A DNA stretch of 34,031 nt, from positions 17,832 through 51,862 of the forward strand of contig CAZIPD010000001.1 in assembly GCA_964541175.1 (NCBI GenBank), read 5' to 3'. The notes beneath the pieces were generated by a model. The model worked only from the letters and a program-made list of their open reading frames with translations. It had not been told where the DNA came from and did not search any database. The translations under genes and the position numbers were made by a program. Positions 1-7,837 of the stretch are shown here, piece by piece; position 1 is the first letter of the stretch, and each line of letters begins with the position of its first letter. The stretch comes from an uncultured Pseudomonadales bacterium. GTDB taxonomy: Bacteria > Patescibacteriota > Microgenomatia > UBA1400 > MFAQ01.

Positions 1-12
1 TATTATTGATAT

Positions 13-318
13 ATGACCCTGCCTCAAATAGTCTCTCTCATCTCAACGGCCCTTCTTACCGTCCTCGCCACCATCATTGGTATTCAGCTCATCATGATCC
101 TCAAAGAGGTCAAATATACTCTGACTAAACTCAATGACACTCTTGATACCGTCGAATCGACGGTACAAAAACTCTCTCAGCCGGCCGCTGGTCTGATCGC
201 CATTATCGAGGGCATAAAAGAATCCGGAAAGATTGTTGACTCAATATCTTCTTTTTTAGGCAAACGTAAACCCAATCCTCCTGTAGAAGTAGACACCTAT
301 GAATCCGAAAGCCTCTAA
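13..318 (+). CDS. DUF948/YtxG-like membrane-anchored coiled-coil protein
   Basis: N-terminal hydrophobic helix followed by an amphipathic helical stretch (LKEVKYTLTKLNDTLDTVE); upstream of a YtxH-like gene, as in the Bacillus ytxG-ytxH pair. Confidence 0.6.
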   Translation: MTLPQIVSLISTALLTVLATIIGIQLIMILKEVKYTLTKLNDTLDTVESTVQKLSQPAAGLIAIIEGIKESGKIVDSISSFLGKRKPNPPVEVDTYESESL

Positions 319-607
319 TCAAGATAACCACAATAATTCGTTTCTCTTCGGACTCACCGTTGGTGTGCTGGGATCCTTATTGCTCGGAACGGATGAAGGC
401 AGAAAACTGATGCGCGAAATTATGGACTCGCTCCCCGAACACCTCAGACACTTAGGGCAATCCTCTTCCGAAGAGAACGTTCCCGATTTTGTCCCTCCGA
501 TCAACACTCCCGAAGAAACACCACACCACTCATACTCTCAAGAGGCACCTCCCCCTCCTCCTCCAAATACCGCCACTCGTCCCGATTATCTCTACCCTCC
601 AAAATAA
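299..607 (+). CDS. YtxH-like protein with Pro-rich C-terminal tail
   Basis: FLFGLTVGVLGSLLLGTDEGRKL resembles the YtxH N-terminal pattern (FxxGxxxG...LLxP.sG.elR); 20-nt overlap with the upstream gene. Confidence 0.6.
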   Translation: MNPKASNQDNHNNSFLFGLTVGVLGSLLLGTDEGRKLMREIMDSLPEHLRHLGQSSSEENVPDFVPPINTPEETPHHSYSQEAPPPPPPNTATRPDYLYPPK

Positions 608-645
608 GACTCCCGTTTATAACGTTTTTTGTTGTGTCACTAAGA

Positions 646-651
646 TATAAT
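646..651 (+). promoter_or_regulatory. putative -10 element for alaS
   Basis: TATAAT 10 nt upstream of the alaS ATG; no good -35. Confidence 0.4.
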
Positions 652-661
652 TTGTATTCAA

Positions 662-2500
662 ATGGACCTCAATGAAATTAGAAAAAAATATCTCGACTTT
701 TTTGTCGGCAGAGGCCACGTAGTGGTTCCTTCCACGTCTCTTGTTCCCGAAGGTGATGCCACCACCCTTTTCACCAGTGCCGGCATGCAGCCGATGATGC
801 CATATCTTCTTGGAGAAAAACATCCTCAAGGGGTTCGGATCGTTGATAGTCAAAAATGTTTCCGTTCTCAGGATATCGATGAAGTGGGGGATAACCGTCA
901 CACCACTTTTTTTGAAATGCTCGGTAACTGGTCCCTCGGCGACTACTTCAAGAAAGAACAACTCGATTGGTTCTTTACCTTTCTCACCCATAGAGAAGAA
1001 GGCTTGAATCTTGACCCATCCCGCCTTTACGTCTCTGTTTTTGCCGGCGGTTCCGGAGTAGAAAAGGACAATGACGCCATCGCCATCTGGCAAGAACTTT
1101 TTTCTCGACGCGACATCGACGCCAAAGAAGGAGAGAGGATTTATCCATATCCTGCCAATAAAAATTGGTGGTCTCGTGCCGGCACCCCGGAGCAAATGCC
1201 CGTCGGAGAACCGGGTGGACCCGACAGTGAAGTTTTTTATGATTTTGGACAAGATTACATGTTCCACGAAAACTCTCAGTGGAAAGACGAACCCTGTCAT
1301 CCGAACTGCGATTGTGGGCGTTTCATTGAGATTGGCAACTCCGTCTTCATGCAATTCATCAAGCAACCCGACGGCACGCTCAAAGAACTTCCGGCAAAAA
1401 ATATCGATTTCGGTGGCGGACTCGTTCGCCTCTCTGCCGCTACCATGGGGGATCCGGACGTTTTCAAAACATCGATTCTTTCACCCATCATCAAGAAACT
1501 CGAGATCATCACCGGCAAAAATTACGCCGATGAGATGAATCGTCCGCCCATGAGGGTCATTGCCGACCATTTTTCTGCCGCGGCTTTTCTCATCAAGGAC
1601 GGCGTGATGCCCGGGAACAAGACCCAAGGCTACGTTCTTCGCCGCCTTCTTCGTCGCGCCGTGGTCAAGTACTATTACCTGACCGGTTCTCGCACCAACC
1701 TCCACCAGCTCTCCGACGTGATTGATGTCATTATCGGCATATATTCCGACATATATTTTGAACCGGAAGTGGACACTAAGCTCATCAAAGAGACCGTTAG
1801 TCGTGAGATCGAAAAATTTTCGCAATCACTTGAAAAGGGTATCAAGGAACTGGAAAAAAACCCCGACATCGACGGTAAGGGTGCCTTCGATCTTTATCAA
1901 AACCTGGGATTTCCTCTGGAGATCACTCTGGAGATACTTTCTCAGATGGGCAAGACCGTCAGTCAAGACCAATTCAAAGAAGAATTTGAAAAACACAAAG
2001 AACTTTCCCGGTCCACCTCGGCGGGAATGTTTAAAGGAGGGCTCGCGGATAGATCTGAAACCGTCACCGCCTATCACACCGCTACCCACCTGCTCCATAG
2101 TGCTCTAAGGCAAATCCTTGGCCCTCATGTCCAACAGAAAGGTAGCAATATTACCTCCGAAAGACTCCGCTTCGATTTTTCTCATCCGGAAAAACTCACC
2201 GATGATCAAATTAGCTCTATAGAAAATTTGATCAATCAAAAAATCTCTGAAAAACTTCCCGTCATCAGAGAGGAAAAGCCCAAAGATATCGCCCTCGCGG
2301 AAGGAGCCCTTGCCTTTTTTGGCCAAAAATACCCTGACATTGTGAGCGTCTATACCATCGGCAATCCTCCGGATGTGTTTTCAAAAGAATTTTGCGGTGG
2401 ACCACACGTGACTAATACAGGGGAACTTGCTAAGATAAAAATAGTTAAGCAAGAATCGCTGGGTTCGTCGTACCGGCGTCTGTACTTACAGTTTGTTTAA
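662..2500 (+). CDS. alaS: alanine--tRNA ligase (short form lacking the C-Ala domain)
   Basis: LFTSAGMQP, HTTFFEMLGNWS, IDFGGGLVRL, GYVLRRLLRR; editing motifs HTATH and EFCGGPH; 612 aa, ending just after the editing domain. Confidence 0.98.
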   Translation: MDLNEIRKKYLDFFVGRGHVVVPSTSLVPEGDATTLFTSAGMQPMMPYLLGEKHPQGVRIVDSQKCFRSQDIDEVGDNRHTTFFEMLGNWSLGDYFKKEQLDWFFTFLTHREEGLNLDPSRLYVSVFAGGSGVEKDNDAIAIWQELFSRRDIDAKEGERIYPYPANKNWWSRAGTPEQMPVGEPGGPDSEVFYDFGQDYMFHENSQWKDEPCHPNCDCGRFIEIGNSVFMQFIKQPDGTLKELPAKNIDFGGGLVRLSAATMGDPDVFKTSILSPIIKKLEIITGKNYADEMNRPPMRVIADHFSAAAFLIKDGVMPGNKTQGYVLRRLLRRAVVKYYYLTGSRTNLHQLSDVIDVIIGIYSDIYFEPEVDTKLIKETVSREIEKFSQSLEKGIKELEKNPDIDGKGAFDLYQNLGFPLEITLEILSQMGKTVSQDQFKEEFEKHKELSRSTSAGMFKGGLADRSETVTAYHTATHLLHSALRQILGPHVQQKGSNITSERLRFDFSHPEKLTDDQISSIENLINQKISEKLPVIREEKPKDIALAEGALAFFGQKYPDIVSVYTIGNPPDVFSKEFCGGPHVTNTGELAKIKIVKQESLGSSYRRLYLQFV

Positions 2501-2531
2501 AATAAGCTCTTTTAACTAGGAGCTACCTGAC

Positions 2532-4763
2532 ATGAATTTAAAAAATATATTTGGTAGCAACAAAAAAGAAACACCCGTAGAGTATTTTTTGGCCGTTGAA
2601 ATTCACGAATCTCTGATCAAATCTGTTTGTTGGGAGCTCCACGACGGTGAACCTCAGGTTATTGGCCAAGGATCTTTCGAGTTATGGGAGGACGAAGAAT
2701 CCCTGATAAACGGTGTTGACGCCAGCATCACCGAAGCCGTTAAAAACGTTAAGCCCGAACCGCACCGTATCATTTTTGGACTTCCTGAATCATGGCTTGG
2801 AGAAGAAGGGATTCATCCTACCAAGAAAAATTTAATATCCAGAATAGTTAACGAATTGAAACTTACCCCGATTGGTGTCGTTCCTACCACCCAAGCGATA
2901 GCTCACTTTCTCAAACAAAAAGAAGGCATCCCTCCTACAGCCATTCTTCTCGAGATCTACAATACTAAAGTTGTTGTTTCTGTCGTCAAACTCGGCAAGG
3001 TAGAAGCCACGGAGGAAGTTGGCGTATCTGGTGACCTTGCCAGAGACGTTGAAGAAGGGCTGGCTCGTATGGAGTTTGAATCCCTTCCGGCACGTTTCCT
3101 CTTAACGGACGGTGGCAACCTCGAAGATGAACAACAACAAATTCTCTCATATCCTTGGCAGGAGCGGCTCCCTTTTGTTCACATGCCCAAGGTAGAGATC
3201 TTGCCCGTTGATTTAAGTGTCAGAGCGGTCGCTCTGGCCGGAGGGACGGAAGCGGCTCAGCACCTGGGGCTGGAAGTGAAGACTTCATCGGAAAGCGAAG
3301 ATATCAGGGAGCCGGCACGGAAAGAAGAGACTTCCAATATATATATTCCCGACACCAAGCCGACTACCGAGCTGGAAAATATTGGCTTTACCTTTGAAGA
3401 GACCTCACCTCCTGATGAAATTCCTCAAGAACAAGAAGTCGTTCCCCAAGAAGACAATGGAATAGATCTTCAAATAAACGAAATGCCCTCGGTTACCGAA
3501 GAGAACGCCCAGTTCGCCCTTGGAGAAAACGAGGTCAAGTCTTCTCTTTCTCGTCCAAAAATAAATCTCCAGGGGATCATCCCTAAGCTTAACTTCCTTA
3601 ATAAGTTTTCACTCCCTAGATTTTCATCTTCAAAAAAATTACCGCTTTTCGCAACTATAGCTGCTCTTCTCGTGATCGCTGCCATCCCCTTAACCTATTT
3701 CTTCCTCGGCTCTGCTAAGGTAAAAGTTTTCGTCAATCCGGAAAAGTTCGGTACTCAACTCGATATTGCCATTGCTCAAGCGGAGCAACCGGATATTCCT
3801 ACCCTTATTGCCACCAAACAGACCGTCTCCGGTAGTGCCAAAGAAGAAGTAGCCACAACTGGAGAAGCCACGGTCGGAGAAAAAGCTTCCGGGAACGTCA
3901 CTATCTTTAACCGTTCCAGTGCTCCTGTAACTCTCAAGTCCGGTTCAGTTATCTCCACCGAAAATGGTAAGTCCAATTTCATTCTCGGAGACTCGATCAC
4001 TATTGCCTCAAAGAGTGCCGACTTGATAAGTGGGAAAGAAGAATTCGGCAAAAAGGAAGCCATTCTGGTCAAAGCCACCAGGATAGGAGCGGAACATAAT
4101 CTTGCCAAGAGCACCACCCTTACCGTGGACAATCATTCCAAGACCATTATTTATGCCGTCTCGGAAGCCGATTTCACCGGCGGTACCTCACGGACCGTCA
4201 GGGCGGTTGACAAGACCGATCAAGATAAAGTTCTTGGAGTAGCCACGGATAAGATCAAAGAACAAACGAGTCAGCAACTTAGTTCTCAGGACCCGGGGAA
4301 CGGCTCTCTCCCCCTTAATGATCTTCACTTCACCGAGAAAAAATTCAGCCAGGAGGTCGGTGAAGAAGCGACCAACGTCGGTATCGAACTGGCGGGATCG
4401 GTCGACCAACTGGTCTACTCAAAACAAGCACTCTTCGACCTGATCAAAAAAGAACTGGAATCTCAGATTCCCCTGGGTCTCGCCTTCACGCCGGAATCTA
4501 CCGATATCAAATTGGAAAATCCCACCCAAAAAGGCGACACCTATATCGCCAAGGCCACCATCAACGCCACCCTTTACCAACAGATAGATCAAGCGGAATA
4601 CTCCAAAATGATCAAAGGAAAAACTATGTCTCAGGCAAAACAGTTACTTCAAAGCATCACCGGTTTTGTGGATGCCAAGGCGATCACTTCTCCTTCAATT
4701 CCCTTCTTGTCGACTAAATTCCTACCCCTAAAAAATATCGAAATAGAAGTCATCCCTCAATAG
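2532..4763 (+). CDS. bitopic membrane protein: FtsA/PilM-like N-terminal region, acidic linker, one TM helix, baseplate-J-like C-terminal region
   Basis: N-terminal YFLAVEI...IKSVCW and AILLEIYNTKVVVSVVKLGKV resemble actin-fold beta strands; TM LPLFATIAALLVIAAIPLTYFFLG (~3639-3710); KASGNVTIFN..TLKSGS and DFTGGTSRTVRAVDKTD resemble baseplate-J-like motifs. Confidence 0.6.
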   Translation: MNLKNIFGSNKKETPVEYFLAVEIHESLIKSVCWELHDGEPQVIGQGSFELWEDEESLINGVDASITEAVKNVKPEPHRIIFGLPESWLGEEGIHPTKKNLISRIVNELKLTPIGVVPTTQAIAHFLKQKEGIPPTAILLEIYNTKVVVSVVKLGKVEATEEVGVSGDLARDVEEGLARMEFESLPARFLLTDGGNLEDEQQQILSYPWQERLPFVHMPKVEILPVDLSVRAVALAGGTEAAQHLGLEVKTSSESEDIREPARKEETSNIYIPDTKPTTELENIGFTFEETSPPDEIPQEQEVVPQEDNGIDLQINEMPSVTEENAQFALGENEVKSSLSRPKINLQGIIPKLNFLNKFSLPRFSSSKKLPLFATIAALLVIAAIPLTYFFLGSAKVKVFVNPEKFGTQLDIAIAQAEQPDIPTLIATKQTVSGSAKEEVATTGEATVGEKASGNVTIFNRSSAPVTLKSGSVISTENGKSNFILGDSITIASKSADLISGKEEFGKKEAILVKATRIGAEHNLAKSTTLTVDNHSKTIIYAVSEADFTGGTSRTVRAVDKTDQDKVLGVATDKIKEQTSQQLSSQDPGNGSLPLNDLHFTEKKFSQEVGEEATNVGIELAGSVDQLVYSKQALFDLIKKELESQIPLGLAFTPESTDIKLENPTQKGDTYIAKATINATLYQQIDQAEYSKMIKGKTMSQAKQLLQSITGFVDAKAITSPSIPFLSTKFLPLKNIEIEVIPQ

Positions 4764-4765
4764 CC

Positions 4766-5536
4766 ATGCTTTACGGTTATCGCAAGGCCACACCCAAGGA
4801 TCCACATCCGGGAAGGATTATCCCCCGATATGTGAAAGCGCTGCCGACCATCATTTCGGCTCTCGGCTTGGCCCTTGTCGCCTTCGTCATCTATCCGGTT
4901 GTTAGCTTTGAGTTTCAAGGACTTAATATCCTTGGCTCTTTTTCCGATACAGGACTTCTTTCTCCGGCCTCATATATCTCTCAAGCGGAGGAGGACTCGG
5001 GACCGTCGATCGTTTCGGGTGGTGCTGACTTTACCAAAGCCAGTAACTGGTTCCCGGGCAGTATTCAGAATGATCTTTTTACTTCACAAGAGAATATCAC
5101 CACCCAACAAACTACCCAAGTCCCCAAATCGTACTCACTTTCGATACCTACCCTTGGCATTGAAGCCGCCATCGTTAGCCTAAAAAGTGAGGACCTCACC
5201 AAGGCTCTGGTACATTACCCACAAACCGCCCTCCCCGGACAGATTGGGTCTCCTGTTATTTTTGGACACTCGACCCTTCCTCAATTTTTTGACCCCAAAA
5301 ATTACAAAGCCATCTTTTCCACCCTTCCCAAGCTAAAAGTTGGCTCGGATATCTTCGTTACCTATGACGGCATCGAATATACTTACAGAGTGTCCAAGAC
5401 CTTTGAAGTGAAACCGAATGAGCTCTGGGTCCTTCGCCAGGACTACTCTCAAAAAACCATCAAGGTAGTTACCTGCGTTCCTCCGGGAACCACGCTCAGG
5501 CGTCTCATCGTTGAGGCGGAATTAGTCAAAAATTAA
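4766..5536 (+). CDS. sortase family protein
   Basis: N-terminal TM anchor; LSIPTLGI; catalytic His (VIFGHS), Cys (VVTCVP) and Arg (LRRLIV). Confidence 0.92.
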   Translation: MLYGYRKATPKDPHPGRIIPRYVKALPTIISALGLALVAFVIYPVVSFEFQGLNILGSFSDTGLLSPASYISQAEEDSGPSIVSGGADFTKASNWFPGSIQNDLFTSQENITTQQTTQVPKSYSLSIPTLGIEAAIVSLKSEDLTKALVHYPQTALPGQIGSPVIFGHSTLPQFFDPKNYKAIFSTLPKLKVGSDIFVTYDGIEYTYRVSKTFEVKPNELWVLRQDYSQKTIKVVTCVPPGTTLRRLIVEAELVKN

Positions 5537-5542
5537 CTATAT

Positions 5543-5935
5543 ATGTCAGTTACACTTTGTCTTGACCCCGGCACCGCTCACACCGGTATTGCCATATCTC
5601 GCGAGGGACTTCTCTCGGATCCATTGGACACCATCTTTGAGCGCGACTTAGACACTCTCGTAGCTCGCTTGACCCCATATATCGCTCGTCTCAGTCCAGA
5701 GACTATTGTCATTGGTACTCCATCCTCAGGTCCCTTGGTTAAAACCGCCGTTGAACTTTCCGAAAAACTTCCTAAGATTTTTTCCGGGAAAATAATTCTT
5801 TTTAATGAAGACTTAAGTTCCAAAGAAGCCAGGTCGAAAATGAGAGAAGCGGGTAAAAGACATGATGTGATAAAGGCAAAAGAACATCAGACGGCCGCCG
5901 CCCTTATTCTCCAGGATTATTTGGATACGGTCTAA
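5543..5935 (+). CDS. ruvX: YqgF/RuvX family RNase H-fold nuclease (pre-16S rRNA processing)
   Basis: LCLDPGTAHTGIAIS, IVIGTP, NEDLSS, AAALILQDYLD; position just before mltG. Confidence 0.9.
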   Translation: MSVTLCLDPGTAHTGIAISREGLLSDPLDTIFERDLDTLVARLTPYIARLSPETIVIGTPSSGPLVKTAVELSEKLPKIFSGKIILFNEDLSSKEARSKMREAGKRHDVIKAKEHQTAAALILQDYLDTV

Positions 5936-5940
5936 TCACC

Positions 5941-5969
5941 TTGCAAATACTCCCTTTATAAGTGAGAAT
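5941..5969 (+). promoter_or_regulatory. sigma70-type promoter, probably leaderless transcript
   Basis: TTGCAA(5941-46)-17 bp-GAGAAT(5964-69), ATG 6 nt downstream. Confidence 0.5.
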
Positions 5970-5975
5970 ACTTAT

Positions 5976-6182
5976 ATGTTCAAAAACATAATCGCCCCGG
6001 TACAAGCTTGGCTCCTTTCAAAAGGCTCATGTGTTGGCTGCGGGACTGCCCTAAGTAACGGCCAACATCAGCCGTCATCCAAGGTTAAAGGTTCAGAACA
6101 GGTGACCTGCAAGTGCGGTCGTATCTTTATCTACGACCAAAAAAACAACACCTACAGGCGCGCACTCTTAAGCGAAGTTTAA
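5976..6182 (+). CDS. small zinc-ribbon protein of unknown function
   Basis: CVGC...CKCG Cys pairs; fills the ruvX-mltG gap in the same orientation; own putative promoter. Confidence 0.75.
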   Translation: MFKNIIAPVQAWLLSKGSCVGCGTALSNGQHQPSSKVKGSEQVTCKCGRIFIYDQKNNTYRRALLSEV

Positions 6183-6189
6183 TTACACC

Positions 6190-7179
6190 GTGCTCAAACG
6201 TCTACTCATTGCTCTCTCAGCCCTTCTCGTCGGTTTTTTGGGATGGTATTCCCTTTCACTTCGCCCCGTCACGGTCCACTCCACGCCGGAAAAAGATTTT
6301 GAGATCGTCTCGGGGGAGAATTTGGACGAAATAATTGACAATCTTAGCAAGGATCAATTCATTCGTTCTCGTACGGCTTTCAAAATTACCGTTATCCGCC
6401 TGGGGATAGCCAGCAAGATCCAGGCAGGATTCTTCAGACTTTCTCCCTCGATGGACTCCACGACCATCGCCCAAAAACTTACCCGGGCATACGCCCGTCA
6501 GGTCAGGGTCACCATTCCGGAAGGTTTGAGGCGTCAAGAGATTGCTCTAATAGTTCTTAACTCCCTCAAGGATGCCAATCCCGATACAAAATTTAGCTCG
6601 GATGAATTCCTGAAACTAACTGCTGCCCTAGAAGGAAAGCTATTCCCCGATACTTATGACTTTGATCCCAAAGCCGATACTCAAACGGTCGTTTCCCGCC
6701 TGAGAGACAACTACAGCCGCGTTATAGCGGATCTTAAGCTTGGTCAGGATACGGAAGATGAGGTTCTGATTCTGGCCTCTCTACTGGAAAGAGAAGCTGC
6801 CAACGTCGGTGAAATGCCTGAAGTCGCCGGTGTGTTGAACAATCGTCTTAAGGCAGGTTGGCCACTTCAAGTAGATGCCACCGTCCAATATGCTCTGGGA
6901 ACTGCTCGGTGTAAAAAAATTGATTGTGAATGGTGGCCCCAAACCCTCTCTCGGACCGATATCCAGTTTAAATCTCCCTACAACACCTACCTTAACCCGG
7001 GACTTCCCCCGGCACCTATTTCCAACCCCGGCAAGGACAGCCTCGCGGCAGCAGCCAATCCTCTGACAACTCCCAACTGGTTCTATCTCCACGATCTATC
7101 CGGAAAGATCCACTTCTCCAAGACTATCGAAGAGCACAACGACAACGTTTGCGTCTATCTCAAAAAAGACTGTCGCTAA
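6190..7179 (+). CDS. mltG: endolytic transglycosylase MltG (YceG family)
   Basis: N-terminal TM; VTIPEG, LEGKLFPDTY, LASLLEREA (catalytic Glu), LQVDATVQY, SPYNTY..GLPPAPISNPG; start codon GTG. Confidence 0.95.
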   Translation: MLKRLLIALSALLVGFLGWYSLSLRPVTVHSTPEKDFEIVSGENLDEIIDNLSKDQFIRSRTAFKITVIRLGIASKIQAGFFRLSPSMDSTTIAQKLTRAYARQVRVTIPEGLRRQEIALIVLNSLKDANPDTKFSSDEFLKLTAALEGKLFPDTYDFDPKADTQTVVSRLRDNYSRVIADLKLGQDTEDEVLILASLLEREAANVGEMPEVAGVLNNRLKAGWPLQVDATVQYALGTARCKKIDCEWWPQTLSRTDIQFKSPYNTYLNPGLPPAPISNPGKDSLAAAANPLTTPNWFYLHDLSGKIHFSKTIEEHNDNVCVYLKKDCR

Positions 7180-7184
7180 GCCAT

Positions 7185-7209
7185 AAAAAACCGGCCATTT
7201 AAGGCCGGT
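7185..7209 (-). terminator. intrinsic terminator between convergent genes (U-tract on the - strand)
   Basis: ACCGGCC-ATTTAA-GGCCGGT (7190-7209) preceded on + by an A-run. Confidence 0.75.
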
Positions 7210-7218
7210 ATTACCAAT

Positions 7219-7617
7219 TTAGTTAAAGCGCCCCATTGATCTGTGTTTCCACAGAGTCTTTGTAAAATCAGCGGGGTTCCATCGCCCTGGATCGTCTGAG
7301 CGATACAAGAAGTGATCGACAATTATGACCGCCTCGTCGAACGTAACGCCGGAAGTGGCCATACATCTGACGATCGCTCGACCGCGTTTGACTGTCCGGA
7401 TGACTGACCAAAGACAGAAAAACAGAGAAGCCGCCACACTTCCGCTCACGATTGAAAGGCAGAGCGCGAACCAATCGGTAAAGAAGCTAAAATAGGTGGG
7501 AAAAACCGAATTGAAGACCAGAGTTAGCAGTAGCGGGAGCAAAACCAATTCGGCTATCAGGAATGAGGAAAGAACAAAAACAAACGTGAGGAATGTCTTC
7601 TTTAAAATGTGCTTCAT
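7219..7617 (-). CDS. hypothetical membrane protein (about 2 TM helices)
   Basis: two long hydrophobic segments; SD AAGGAG (7623-7628) 5 nt from the ATG; own promoter and terminator. Confidence 0.75.
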   Translation of the reverse strand: MKHILKKTFLTFVFVLSSFLIAELVLLPLLLTLVFNSVFPTYFSFFTDWFALCLSIVSGSVAASLFFCLWSVIRTVKRGRAIVRCMATSGVTFDEAVIIVDHFLYRSDDPGRWNPADFTKTLWKHRSMGRFN

Positions 7618-7661
7618 ATCTTCTCCTTGCGGTGGTATGAGTGAGATACTTTGACCCCCGA

Positions 7662-7690
7662 ATAATATCTTATAATCTTCGAAAAGTCAA
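7662..7690 (-). promoter_or_regulatory. sigma70-type promoter for the 7617 gene, divergent from rpoB
   Basis: on the - strand TTGACT(7690-85)-17 bp-TATTAT(7667-62). Confidence 0.6.
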
Positions 7691-7712
7691 TTAGCCACCC
7701 GGATTCCCCCTG

Positions 7713-7742
7713 TTGACATAATCCCCGAACCTGCGCTATACT
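7713..7742 (+). promoter_or_regulatory. rpoB promoter P1
   Basis: TTGACA(7713-18)-18 bp-TATACT(7737-42). Confidence 0.7.
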
Positions 7743-7799
7743 ATGCCCACTGCTATATAACTTGGCTTTTTCTGGCCAGGTTTTTGTACGTTTGCGCAT

Positions 7800-7808
7800 T
7801 GTTATAAT
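7800..7808 (+). promoter_or_regulatory. possible second rpoB promoter (extended -10)
   Basis: TGtTATAAT, 29 nt upstream of the rpoB ATG. Confidence 0.45.
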
Positions 7809-7837
7809 TTCTGCCCATAAACACCAAAAAAATAAGG

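Noticed and set aside
608-661. T-box riboswitch upstream of alaS
   Set aside because: Only 54 nt of spacer and no T-box consensus.
617-1366. 249-aa antisense ORF over alaS (also 19181-19888, 20504-21370, 21695-22435 and 27765-28481)
   Set aside because: They mirror conserved genes on the opposite strand, as expected from sense-strand codon bias; no recognisable motifs or expression signals.
2532-4763. Prophage or contractile injection system suggested by the baseplate-J-like region
   Set aside because: No sheath, tube, spike, capsid, terminase or integrase genes in the window; the protein has a TM helix and sits among housekeeping genes.
4700-4763. LPLKN as a sortase sorting signal
   Set aside because: It is not followed by a hydrophobic helix and basic tail; no sortase substrate is evident in the window.
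7614-7799. 61-aa minus-strand ORF upstream of rpoB
   Set aside because: It runs through both divergent promoters and has no motif; the 7617 gene has its own promoter and SD.
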